Notes: generated from the sequence alone by a model not told the origin. A DNA stretch of 52,880 nt from Candidatus Pacearchaeota archaeon (GCA_017609885.1 JAFCDB010000013.1:1-52880); one strand, 5' to 3'. Counted from the stretch's first letter, positions 28,395 to 38,057 are shown. Numbers and translations are program-made.

Positions 28395-31300
28395 CTATGC
28401 AATTGAATCATCTGGCTGAACAATTATCGAGCATCCAGAAAATCTGTTGCTCCAATTATCCTCACAGATAATATAATGTGTAACATCAGATTCCCAAATA
28501 GTAGTATGAATTTTCGAATTTTCTCCATTCATCAAATTCGCGTTTTGCAAATTAAAATTGCACCCCCATCTTGAATCTGTATTAAAATAACATCTTGAAT
28601 CTTCATTTGTAACAACAACTAAATTCCCAGAATCATGATAAACCCTTGTCACCTCAGGCCCAATTTCGTCTAATTCTAAACTAAATGAACTTTCTTTTTC
28701 TGCGAAATTCCCCACAGCATCATTGCATTTAACCTCAAATTCATAATCTCCTTTTGTCATGCTTGCTAAAATATGCCGATGATTATTGTCCCAAGTTTCT
28801 GAAAATCTGTCTGAAAATCCCTGCTCTTTAAATTCATATGAACAGCTCGCATTACCATTGTCAACTCCGCCAGAAGTTTCAACCCTCAACTCAACACTAA
28901 TCGGCTCTGTTCCTCGAGTAATAGTTTCATTAGGTTCAATTGAATCTATCTTCAATTCAAACTCACTCTTTTTCAAATTATATTCGTAAACTCCTCCTAA
29001 CTCTGCCCCAATATTTCTCGAACTATTTTCCCCTAACCAAGGCTGGTCCCTGCATAAAATATAATAGCTATTTTCATTTTCTTCAACAGGCAAATTTGCA
29101 GAGCATGAATAACCTAATATTGTTCCTGAATTAACATTTGTCTCACACTCCATTTCATTTTCTAAATATCTATATGCTTCTAACATGTCTCCTGTTATCG
29201 GTCTTATAACATCCCATTTGCACTCTGCAGGTTCATTTACAAAAATAATTGTCTCCTGTTCTGTTGCATTTACAGGAAGAATCGCACCATCTGCAGGCAT
29301 CGTTAGAGTTACAACAGGAGCAGTTCTGTCAGGCCCCGGAGCAACACAAAAATTAATTTGATAATCATGATCATTTTCAATACCATTTATATTCGCGCAC
29401 TTCACATAAAAATTCAACTCCCCAACTTGGTCAAGCAAATATTCATGAATTGTGTCTCCAATATGCTGCTCGATATCATCATCAAAAATCCCCATGTCCT
29501 CTGCATTTTCCTCAGTTATTTCTGCCTCCATCAATTCCTCAAATTCTTCAGGTGTGCTTACTTGAGATGCAATTAAACTCTCAGCACTTGGAAGATAAGT
29601 TGCGTAGGTGTGATTTTTTGTAAGAACATTTCTCTCAAAAAAATAACTCCAATCACTTTCTTCAAAATCTCGTTCCTGTGAAATTCTGCATTGGGCGTAG
29701 ACATCTGTTTCAACTCCAAATATTAAAGGAGTAAATGCCTGAATGCAGTTTCCGTTACTATCTCTGACTTCAAAACCATTTGTAGTTTCAGATTGATATC
29801 TAAACAAACTCCTGTTTAAAATTTCTTCCCAAGGACTTATTGTTGGAATGTTGTCCTCATTGTTGATACTTGCGCAAACTCCATATTCAGTTCCCTCATT
29901 TATCATTCCACAATTCATTCCTAAACTTTCACAGCGATATTTTGAACATGGCTTCATAGGATTTTCATTGCACTTTTTGCAGTTTCCCATAAACGGCCGC
30001 TGCCAAGTTTTGCAGTCAAAAGAGATTTCTACAATTTCTGTTTTCCCGCACCCCATTGCATACATTGCTCCCATAACAATAACTGCTCCAAGTACAGCAA
30101 AACCCAAGGGAGTTGCACCTATGAAAATTCCGCCAATAGAAAGTCCTGAATAAGTTGCTCCTGCTCCAAATAATCCTGCTCCTCCGGCAAGTATCCCTCC
30201 AACTGCCCCAACTCCTGCCCCAATTCCTGCACCAGTTAAAGTACTCCCCAACTGATCCCCAAACATATTCCCTAACTGACTCCCCTCCTCAAAATCCCCA
30301 AAACTTGCATAACCTGATAAAAAAGAATCTGCCATTCCTAAAGGTAAACTTAAAATTGACTCCACACTATCATATCCTCCTGGTTTTGCATGCTGTCCTC
30401 TAACTGCAATTGCAAGAACAGCATACAAAGGAGCAAAAAATGCAGGCGGAGGAGGACGATGCCCATGCGAACCTTTTTTTGAAACACTCGCCCCGAAAAA
30501 TGTCGGCTTTCCAACATAATTAATATAAGCTCCGCAATCTCCTAAACTCGCACACAAATTATTCATCTGCGCTGTAAATCCTGCATTCATACAATTGCAA
30601 TTTTCAACACATGTCCATCCTCCAGGACATTTTTTTACAAACATAACACTACAAGTTTTTGAAGCCAACCCACAAACATTGTTTGCGCTTGTTCCACCAC
30701 CAAACCCTCCAAGCCCTCCTGCAATATCTCCAAATTCCCCTAACACTCCTAAATCTCCCAATGCATCTCCTGCAATTCCTCCTGCAACTCCTACCAAGCC
30801 ACTTGTACTTTCTAAATCAAAACCAGGAGGATATTTTGGAACACACATATTAAATTTAAATTCACTATCAACAAAAATTGGTTGAATACTGCAATCAGGA
30901 TTTAATGCACATTTTGCCATGCATCCTGGCCCGCAATCACCTCCAGAATTCGCAGCAACACACTGCTCCCAAGTATTTACTCTACACATTGCATTATTAA
31001 TTTTCCTAATCCCTTCAACTTCTTTTTCATCCTCGACACAAATTTCCTTTCTGTAATCTGCGCAAGGTTCTACTTTCACCTCTCCATTAACACAAGCATA
31101 TCTAAAATGCCTGCTTCCAACAGGGTCAACACTCAAAGCACCTATACTTCCAATTCCTAAGTTTCCTATTTGCCCGTCGTAAACACACCATGACTCTCCA
31201 TTTATCCTGTCTTTTTTTCTTCCTGCATGTCCTGGCGCATCATCACAATTCAAATCTCTGCAAGTGAAACCTTCCATATTTCCTTTGTCTCCTGCTCCAA

Positions 31301-32078
31301 ACTCTCTGCAAATACTTCCTAACTCATAATTGCAATTTCCACAGCTTGATGAACGCGAATTTGCTGAATTAGGATTGCATGAGTCCTGCTTTGACAAAAC
31401 TTTTCCCTCATTCCACGAGTTTAATTTATTTGAAGAATAAATATTCTCTCTATTTCCGCAACTGTCAAACCAATAGATTTCTTCCTCACCTTCAATACAA
31501 CCTGCTGATTTTTGTTTTTCACAAATAGTATTTAATTCTTCATTAGAACATAAATAACCTTCATGAAAATATTGTAAATCATTTGTTATACTCAAACATT
31601 CGGTTTTTGTCGTGAACTTGCAATTGTTTGTTTCTTCATATGGAATTGGAATAACACACGCTCCTATTTCTCCTGAATCAACAACTGCCATGCACTCCAA
31701 GTCATCTTCTATTGAAGGGTCCCAGTTTCCAGGAGTTCCGAAAAGTTCTGATAATTTCTCGCATCTTCTCTGCGTGACAAATTGCGTATTTAATCCTAAT
31801 GAACAGCAGCCAATTCTGCACGCACCAACCTGACACAGCGGATCATCAAACCAACTTCCTCCTGCTACTTGACAATTTTCCTCAACAACATTTGGGTCGC
31901 AAAGCCCCTCATCCCCATCAAAACAACATCCTAATTCTTCTTCAGATGTTCCTAATGCTCCCACCATTTCAAAATCTCCAACAATAAAAGCAAATGCAAA
32001 AATCCCCAAAACCAAAATCCCAATTTCAAACAGCGACCCTATTTTCTTTTCCAAATTTTTATTTTTCATTTCTGCCAT
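28395..32078 (-). CDS. Giant (~1230 aa) Cys-rich surface protein with central Gly-zipper hydrophobic region and C-terminal Ig-like repeats
   Basis: Start moved to ATG 32078 because the tracked start overlaps a tRNA; signal-like helix, dozens of Cys, GAGIGAGVGAVGGILAGGAGLFG block. Confidence 0.8.
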   Translation of the reverse strand: MAEMKNKNLEKKIGSLFEIGILVLGIFAFAFIVGDFEMVGALGTSEEELGCCFDGDEGLCDPNVVEENCQVAGGSWFDDPLCQVGACRIGCCSLGLNTQFVTQRRCEKLSELFGTPGNWDPSIEDDLECMAVVDSGEIGACVIPIPYEETNNCKFTTKTECLSITNDLQYFHEGYLCSNEELNTICEKQKSAGCIEGEEEIYWFDSCGNRENIYSSNKLNSWNEGKVLSKQDSCNPNSANSRSSSCGNCNYELGSICREFGAGDKGNMEGFTCRDLNCDDAPGHAGRKKDRINGESWCVYDGQIGNLGIGSIGALSVDPVGSRHFRYACVNGEVKVEPCADYRKEICVEDEKEVEGIRKINNAMCRVNTWEQCVAANSGGDCGPGCMAKCALNPDCSIQPIFVDSEFKFNMCVPKYPPGFDLESTSGLVGVAGGIAGDALGDLGVLGEFGDIAGGLGGFGGGTSANNVCGLASKTCSVMFVKKCPGGWTCVENCNCMNAGFTAQMNNLCASLGDCGAYINYVGKPTFFGASVSKKGSHGHRPPPPAFFAPLYAVLAIAVRGQHAKPGGYDSVESILSLPLGMADSFLSGYASFGDFEEGSQLGNMFGDQLGSTLTGAGIGAGVGAVGGILAGGAGLFGAGATYSGLSIGGIFIGATPLGFAVLGAVIVMGAMYAMGCGKTEIVEISFDCKTWQRPFMGNCKKCNENPMKPCSKYRCESLGMNCGMINEGTEYGVCASINNEDNIPTISPWEEILNRSLFRYQSETTNGFEVRDSNGNCIQAFTPLIFGVETDVYAQCRISQERDFEESDWSYFFERNVLTKNHTYATYLPSAESLIASQVSTPEEFEELMEAEITEENAEDMGIFDDDIEQHIGDTIHEYLLDQVGELNFYVKCANINGIENDHDYQINFCVAPGPDRTAPVVTLTMPADGAILPVNATEQETIIFVNEPAECKWDVIRPITGDMLEAYRYLENEMECETNVNSGTILGYSCSANLPVEENENSYYILCRDQPWLGENSSRNIGAELGGVYEYNLKKSEFELKIDSIEPNETITRGTEPISVELRVETSGGVDNGNASCSYEFKEQGFSDRFSETWDNNHRHILASMTKGDYEFEVKCNDAVGNFAEKESSFSLELDEIGPEVTRVYHDSGNLVVVTNEDSRCYFNTDSRWGCNFNLQNANLMNGENSKIHTTIWESDVTHYIICEDNWSNRFSGCSIIVQPDDSIA

Positions 32079-32105
32079 TTTATTGAAATTCGAGAGATTT
32101 GTAGG

Positions 32106-32187
32106 CGCCTCGGCCGGGACTCGAACCCGGACACCGGTGAAGGTCTCGCGCATCAGGCGAGTGCATTACCCTTAATGCTACCGAGGC
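32106..32187 (-). tRNA. Atypical tRNA, anticodon GAT (nominally Ile), long variable arm, G73
   Basis: GCCTCGG/CCGAGGC, GCAT/ATGC, CTCGC-CTGATGC-GCGAG, 14-nt variable region, CCGGG-TTCGAGT-CCCGG; all stems perfectly paired. Confidence 0.85.
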
Positions 32188-32326
32188 ACTTTCTACACCT
32201 CTAACCAAAAAATTTATATAGTTAGTGAAATTAAATATATTATATCCGGTGAAGATATGCATTGCTCTTGATGCTACATTAATCGTAGCATTTTTCTTTT
32301 TTATTATTAAATTTATTTCTATCATT

Positions 32327-33136
32327 TTACCTTGGAGTATTTAACACACACCCTCTTACTGCAAATCTAATTTCCCTTCCATCTCTCAAATCTTTAATTG
32401 TATAAATTTTATTATCATTTCCGGTATTGAATTTGTCAATATCTGCCCAGGTATTTGCTCTCATTAAATTAAGATATTCTGAATTGCAGTAAATAGATTC
32501 CTGCCTCAAAATTTCCTGAATCAAAATTGCCAAATCATAAATCGAACTTTCAAATTCTGCTTCAAAAATATCAAACTCTAACCGCCTGCCAGATTTTCTG
32601 ATATGAATTTCCTTTTCCATAAAAGTCCTTACCTTCCCAGGAACAATCTCAACACTCGAGTTCAATTCAGGAGAAAAATCAACAGAATAATGCTGTTCCT
32701 CTAAAATATTTTCAAAATCATCAAAACAATCTTTAATTCTCTCATCAATAAATCCATAAATTTCATCTTCTAAATGTTTGTCAAAAAGTGGCTCAATAGT
32801 ATTACATCTTGCATAATTCCTAGGCGTAAAGCAAAGATAAGGCACATTCAAATATGTCCCCTGCAAATGATAGCCACTCGGATAGGAAAAATTCCTTGAC
32901 AACTCTGAAGCTCGAATATATCCCCCATTTTCAATAATCTTTTCAACAGCTGTTTCAACATATTCATTAACACACTGCTCAATAAATCCTTCAGGGTCTT
33001 CACCAGGATCAATTACAGGGTCTGGAACAAGAACCCGATTATACAAAAAAAACAACAAAATAACTGCAGCAACTATTAAAATTCCCACAATTACAAAAAT
33101 CGCGATTTGTCCTTTTTTATTTATTTTACCAACCAT
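32327..33136 (-). CDS. Class III signal peptide (pilin-like) protein
   Basis: INKKG|QIAIFVIVG + hydrophobic helix. Confidence 0.8.
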   Translation of the reverse strand: MVGKINKKGQIAIFVIVGILIVAAVILLFFLYNRVLVPDPVIDPGEDPEGFIEQCVNEYVETAVEKIIENGGYIRASELSRNFSYPSGYHLQGTYLNVPYLCFTPRNYARCNTIEPLFDKHLEDEIYGFIDERIKDCFDDFENILEEQHYSVDFSPELNSSVEIVPGKVRTFMEKEIHIRKSGRRLEFDIFEAEFESSIYDLAILIQEILRQESIYCNSEYLNLMRANTWADIDKFNTGNDNKIYTIKDLRDGREIRFAVRGCVLNTPR

Positions 33137-33303
33137 AAATTCACCCCCAATTTTTTTATTCTTTCTGCTTTTCCCTCGACAACTAATTCTAATAGATATT
33201 TATCTGCAGTATTCCAGGAAATCCTAAAATGTTTTGCAATCTCAGAACTAGTTACAACCCTTTCTTTTTTCACAAACTCTTTTATTTTACTATGAATATC
33301 CAT
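33121..33303 (-). CDS. Small winged-helix DNA-binding protein heading the pilin-like operon
   Basis: 'VTSSEIAKHF.ISWNTA.KYL.EL..EG...R.K.G..NLW'; overlaps next gene; upstream near-palindrome TTATCTTATAGGATAA. Confidence 0.75.
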   Translation of the reverse strand: MDIHSKIKEFVKKERVVTSSEIAKHFRISWNTADKYLLELVVEGKAERIKKLGVNLWLVK

Positions 33304-33424
33304 ATTATTTTACATATCTTATCTTATAGGATAACTAATATGTTTATTGTCATGAATACTCAAAGATGTTTTTAAACTTTTCTACATTAAAAAATTATTT
33401 AAACATTAAAATCTTAAGGAGGGT

Positions 33425-33643
33425 ATGAAAAATAAAACTCTTGGAGTCTTGATTTTTGGAACAGCACTTGCTTCACTTTTCACAGGATGTGTAACAAATT
33501 CATCAAATCCGAGGGGAATGTATTTTGACAATTCTGAAAATTTTGTTATTTTCAGAATGGAATTAACTCCTAAAAGACGTGAAATCTATTTCCCTCACAG
33601 AACAGACCATCATTCTCCTGCAAATTATAGATATTTGTGGTGA
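33425..33643 (+). CDS. Small putative lipoprotein
   Basis: MKNK + hydrophobic stretch + LFTG|C lipobox-like motif. Confidence 0.5.
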   Translation: MKNKTLGVLIFGTALASLFTGCVTNSSNPRGMYFDNSENFVIFRMELTPKRREIYFPHRTDHHSPANYRYLW

Positions 33644-33644
33644 G

Positions 33645-34370
33645 TTAATCCTCATTCTCAACTCTCGGCGCAAGAACAAAAGCAAGAATAAAATCATCTG
33701 TTTTAAATTCTAATTTTAGCGGGTGGTCTGAAGAAAAATTTAAATAAATTTTATCACTCAACTTGCTGGCTTTCAAAAACTTCTGCAAATATTCTAAACT
33801 ATACCGCGATTTTGAAGTTCCTGAAATTATTTTTATCTCGTCGCTTGAAAACTCTGCCCTTGCAGAATTTAATCCTGATGCTTCAACAACAAATTTTTCC
33901 GGCTCTGCAGAAAAAGTGCATGAGTCAGCAACAATCAAACAATCTTCAATCGCATCAACAAAATCCAGAGGATTTATCTGTATCTGTGACAAAAATTCCA
34001 GCGGAGGCATATCCTTGTCCTCTGCATCAATTTCAATTAATGCAAGAGAAAAATTCCTCTTTACCCTGTCAGTAATTTCAAGGTTTAAAACATTCTCCCT
34101 ACTTTCCATAACAAGATTGCTGCTTGATTTTGCCCGGCGAAGAATAGCCTTGAAATTATCTAAATTAATTCCCAAAGTTTCATTTGATGCTTCATAATCT
34201 GAAAATGCGGTTTTTGGCAGTTTAAATAAAACAAGCGCAACATTCGCAGGGTCAACAGCAATAATACTCAGCCCCTCGTCATTAAACTTCAGCTTTACCT
34301 CTGTGACCAACTCAGAAATTATAGATATCACATCTGAAAAAAACTTCGGATTTTCTAATTTAGCTTTCAT
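33645..34370 (-). CDS. pcn: DNA sliding clamp PCNA
   Basis: AVDPANVALV, YSLEYL, HPLKLEF, LAPRVE. Confidence 0.96.
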   Translation of the reverse strand: MKAKLENPKFFSDVISIISELVTEVKLKFNDEGLSIIAVDPANVALVLFKLPKTAFSDYEASNETLGINLDNFKAILRRAKSSSNLVMESRENVLNLEITDRVKRNFSLALIEIDAEDKDMPPLEFLSQIQINPLDFVDAIEDCLIVADSCTFSAEPEKFVVEASGLNSARAEFSSDEIKIISGTSKSRYSLEYLQKFLKASKLSDKIYLNFSSDHPLKLEFKTDDFILAFVLAPRVENED

Positions 34371-34454
34371 ATTATTTTAAAAGTGTTCGAGCTTTTAAGT
34401 TTTGTTGTGATGTGGTTGCTAAACATATTTAATGTTTGTAATTTTAGAATTATT

Positions 34455-36011
34455 ATGGATTCGGAACCTGAAATCAAAGAAAAGAGAATAAGAAAAATCT
34501 CTCCTTTATATTATTCAAGAAAAGACATAATAGATGCGATTTTCAAATTTTCAAAAAATAGAGAAATTTCCCCGAGATATTTTCAGGGATTTGGAAAACG
34601 TCCAGATTCTCTGCAGTATCCTTCAGACATAACTTCTTTAATAAAAAGAGGAGCAACAAGTTTTCATTGCAGCGAAGAACTCTGGAGCGAACCAATGGAA
34701 CTTTCAACTGAAATGTCAAAAGAACAATTAAATGAATTAAGGACTGGCTGGGATTTGATAATTGACATTGATTGTCCGTGGTTTTATTACAGCAAAAAAG
34801 CAGCACAGGCAATTATCAAAGCAATGGAATACAAAGGAGTGAAAAATATGGGAATCAAATATTCTGGAAGCAAGGGATTCCATATCATCATCCCATGGAA
34901 AGCATTTCCTAAGGAAATTTCAGAAATAAAAACAAGCTCAATGTTCCCTGAATGGCCAAAAGCAGTTGTCAACTATCTAAAATATCTCTCCCGCCCAATT
35001 CTTGAACAATCAATAAAAGATTCTCTGAAAGATTTCAAAGAACAGGAAGGATTTACAGGAATAAAATGCGAGACCTGCAATAATCTTGCATCTAAAAATT
35101 ATGAAATTAATTTAACTTGTCCTTCATGTGCTCCTCCTTACATAGAAACATTCAAAACTTCCAACGAAAACTACAAAGAAAAAAAATGCCCTGTATGCAA
35201 ATCAATTTTAAAACAAATAGAAAAAAAACAATTTTATTTCTGCAGTCATTGCAACATAAACTCTATAGAAAATCCAGGCAATTTCAATGAAGGAATTATC
35301 TCAACAGACATTTTCAAAATCCTTGGCTTGGATGTTTTGCTCGTTTCTTCAAGACATTTATTTAGAATGCCCTATTCTCTCCACGAAAAAACAGCTCTTG
35401 CAAGTGTTGTCATAGAAAAAGAAAAGTTAGAAAATTTCAGCATGAAAGATGCAGCCCCCTTAAATGTAAAAGTCCTAAACTTCATTCCAAATACTGAAAA
35501 AGACGAGGCAAAAAATCTTTTGTTGCAGGCAATTGATTTTGATAAATCTCAGGAACTTGAAAAACCAAAAATAAAAATAAAATATGGGGAATTTTCTTAT
35601 GAAGGTGGAAAAAAAGATTTCGAACTTCCAAGCATAGAAAACATCAAAGAAGAAAATTTCCCCCCAGTAATTCAAAAGATTCTTGAGGGAATGGTTGACG
35701 GCAAAAAACGCTCGCTATTTATTTTAATTAATTTTTTTAGGTCTCTCGGACTTTCAATTGAAGAACTCGAAGAAAAACTTGTTTCTTGGAATAAACTAAA
35801 CAAACCACCTTTGAAAAAGGGCTATATTGAAGCGCAGTTAAAATGGCACTCACACAATAAACCTGTCCTGCCACCAAATTTCACAAATCCAATTTACAAA
35901 GAACTTGGAATCTACGAATCTGATTTTCTATCTGAAAAAGTAAAAAATCCTGTTAATTATGTAATACGAAAATCTTTGATGCAGAGAAAAAATTCAACCA
36001 AGAAAAAATAA
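34455..36011 (+). CDS. Fused archaeo-eukaryotic primase (PriS-PriL) with zinc-ribbon insertion
   Basis: GWDLIIDID, YSGSKGFH, RHLFRMPYSLHEK; C-terminal FPP.I..IL.G..DG.KR..FIL PriL-type domain; likely start ATG 34455. Confidence 0.9.
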   Translation: MDSEPEIKEKRIRKISPLYYSRKDIIDAIFKFSKNREISPRYFQGFGKRPDSLQYPSDITSLIKRGATSFHCSEELWSEPMELSTEMSKEQLNELRTGWDLIIDIDCPWFYYSKKAAQAIIKAMEYKGVKNMGIKYSGSKGFHIIIPWKAFPKEISEIKTSSMFPEWPKAVVNYLKYLSRPILEQSIKDSLKDFKEQEGFTGIKCETCNNLASKNYEINLTCPSCAPPYIETFKTSNENYKEKKCPVCKSILKQIEKKQFYFCSHCNINSIENPGNFNEGIISTDIFKILGLDVLLVSSRHLFRMPYSLHEKTALASVVIEKEKLENFSMKDAAPLNVKVLNFIPNTEKDEAKNLLLQAIDFDKSQELEKPKIKIKYGEFSYEGGKKDFELPSIENIKEENFPPVIQKILEGMVDGKKRSLFILINFFRSLGLSIEELEEKLVSWNKLNKPPLKKGYIEAQLKWHSHNKPVLPPNFTNPIYKELGIYESDFLSEKVKNPVNYVIRKSLMQRKNSTKKK

Positions 36012-36052
36012 TTTCAACAAACTTTTTAAACTCCTTCTTCCTCTTAGGAGCA

Positions 36053-37933
36053 ATGAAAAGAGGTTTATTTGCATTAGTTGTATGTTTAGTTTTTTTTATC
36101 TCAATAGTTTCTGCTACAAACGAAACCGAGAATCTTGAAAATGCTTATGAATGCATCAGGGACAAAGTTCAGGAAGACTGCTCTGCACTAACCTCTGAAC
36201 AGCAGGCATTTGCAATTCTCGCTTTAGGTTCCTACAAAAACTGTGAATCATCTTTCTTGGAAAATTCTAATCAAATAAATGAACTTCAAGAGTGCTGGCC
36301 AAAATCAAACTGCAATCCAAAAGAAAGCTCATTAGCTTTACTTGCATTAGATAGATTAAACAAAGACACAACAAATGTAGAAAACTGGCTTCTTAATCAA
36401 ACGAAAACAGCTTCAGAATTAATCTGGTTTTTGCAAATCGAAGCAGACCAGGCAACAGAATGCACAATTTCATACAACGCTGGAAACTATGACATAGAAA
36501 TTTTAGAAAACAAAAAAATAACCTCAAACGCCGGCAGCTGTTTATCTCTGGCACAGGATTCTTACTGGCTTCAAATCAGCCCCGACTCTTCCTGCTTAAA
36601 TTACAACTACCAAATTTCCTGCAACAAAGATTTCAAGACAACCTTATTATATAAAACTCCTGATTCATCAACAATTCATGTATCACGAAACATTCACTCA
36701 GAATCTGCAAATGGCCAAACAACAGAAGGAGTAAGTTACCAATGTTTCAAAAAAGGAACTGTGTGTGACTACGAAAGCAGTTTGTGGGCAGCTCTTGTTT
36801 TGGATTTCAAAGGCCACGAAACTTCAAAATATCTTCCTTATCTCGAGGCAGCAGCTGCAGAAAACTCAGGATTTTTCCCTGAATCTTTTCTTTATATTTT
36901 AACAAGAGCTGATGATTATCTAAACCCCATTTTATCAACACGATTCAAAGGAGAATATTGGAGTGCTGGAGGAGATAGATTTTATGACACTGCCCTCGGA
37001 CTTTTGGCTTTGCAAAACCAGGAATACTCCCAAATAGAAACTGCAAAATCTTATTTGCTAAATGGAAACACACAAAACACAGATAGTTGCTGGAATAATT
37101 TAGAAGACACAGGGTTTTTGTTGTATGCTGGCTGGCCTTTAATTGAAAGTCCTGGAGACGAACCTTTGGTTGACTGCGAAGATAACTCTGACTGTTTAGA
37201 AGGGCAGGAATGCATCGAAGGATATTGCGTCGACTCTGATGTGATTGATTACTGTGAAGATAGTGGTTATTATTGCCTTCAAGACTGCAATGAAGCAGGT
37301 GGAGAAATATTAACAAATTATGAGTGCACATACTCTTTTGATGTTTGCTGTACAGAAGATTATGAATCTCCAGTTCAAACATGCGAAGAAGCAGGCGGCG
37401 AAATCTGTGAATATGATGAAACCTGCCCTTATGAATATGAAATTTATGATTTTTCAGGTTCTGGAATTTGCTGCGAAATAGGGGAATGTATTATAGAAGA
37501 ATTTCCAGAAGAATCAGAGTGCGAAAAACAAGGATACAGTTGCCATAACAGTTGCTTTGAAGACGAAGAAAAACTTCCTTATGATTGCTACTCAATTTTA
37601 GTTTGTTGTGGAGAAGAAACAATAACTCCTGATAAACCTGTTACAAAATCAAGACTTTGGATAATTATTCTCATTGTAATTGTAATTTTATTAATTGTTT
37701 TAATAGTTATTTTCAGAAACAAGATAAAACTATTTTTATTTAAAATAAAAACTAAATTTAAAAAAGGTCCTCCAGTTCAGAGAACGCGCCCTGTGCATTT
37801 TCCTCCTGGTCCGCGTCCAAGAGCAAGACCTGTCCCTGCGCGAAGAATGCCCGTTCGCCGACAACCTCAAAAAACTTCAAAAGACAAAGAATTCGACGAC
37901 ACCTTGAAAAAGTTGAGAGATATGAGTAAGTAA
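36053..37933 (+). CDS. Surface protein: alpha/alpha-toroid-like domain, Cys-rich repeats, TM anchor, Pro/Arg-rich cytoplasmic tail
   Basis: Signal peptide; '..ALLAL', 'WLL.Q', 'DTALGLLAL', 'DTGFLLYA.W' repeats; C...GG.C repeats. Confidence 0.75.
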   Translation: MKRGLFALVVCLVFFISIVSATNETENLENAYECIRDKVQEDCSALTSEQQAFAILALGSYKNCESSFLENSNQINELQECWPKSNCNPKESSLALLALDRLNKDTTNVENWLLNQTKTASELIWFLQIEADQATECTISYNAGNYDIEILENKKITSNAGSCLSLAQDSYWLQISPDSSCLNYNYQISCNKDFKTTLLYKTPDSSTIHVSRNIHSESANGQTTEGVSYQCFKKGTVCDYESSLWAALVLDFKGHETSKYLPYLEAAAAENSGFFPESFLYILTRADDYLNPILSTRFKGEYWSAGGDRFYDTALGLLALQNQEYSQIETAKSYLLNGNTQNTDSCWNNLEDTGFLLYAGWPLIESPGDEPLVDCEDNSDCLEGQECIEGYCVDSDVIDYCEDSGYYCLQDCNEAGGEILTNYECTYSFDVCCTEDYESPVQTCEEAGGEICEYDETCPYEYEIYDFSGSGICCEIGECIIEEFPEESECEKQGYSCHNSCFEDEEKLPYDCYSILVCCGEETITPDKPVTKSRLWIIILIVIVILLIVLIVIFRNKIKLFLFKIKTKFKKGPPVQRTRPVHFPPGPRPRARPVPARRMPVRRQPQKTSKDKEFDDTLKKLRDMSK

Positions 37934-38057
37934 TTTAATATTAATTACATAAATTTCTTTTCTTTAGAATTTCATTTAGACAATTCCAGTAAGTAAAATA
38001 ATTATCAGAAATAAAACAAAAACAACAGTTTTTTAAACCATCAAAATAAATAAAATT

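Noticed and set aside
22579-32078. Diversity-generating retroelement explaining the paralogous surface genes
   Set aside because: No reverse transcriptase and no near-identical TR/VR pair differing only at adenines; similarity is ancient and at protein level.
32149-32160. Reading the atypical tRNA as Ser(TGA) by shifting the loop one base
   Set aside because: That register breaks the perfect CTCGC/GCGAG stem and puts C at position 33; the 7-nt loop centres on GAT.
32080-32325. Tracked ORFs overlapping tRNAs (32080-32325, 5' extension to 32153, 19411-19733, extension to 49696, 52633-52848)
   Set aside because: They run through or antisense to clear tRNA cloverleaves; better downstream ATGs exist for the real genes.
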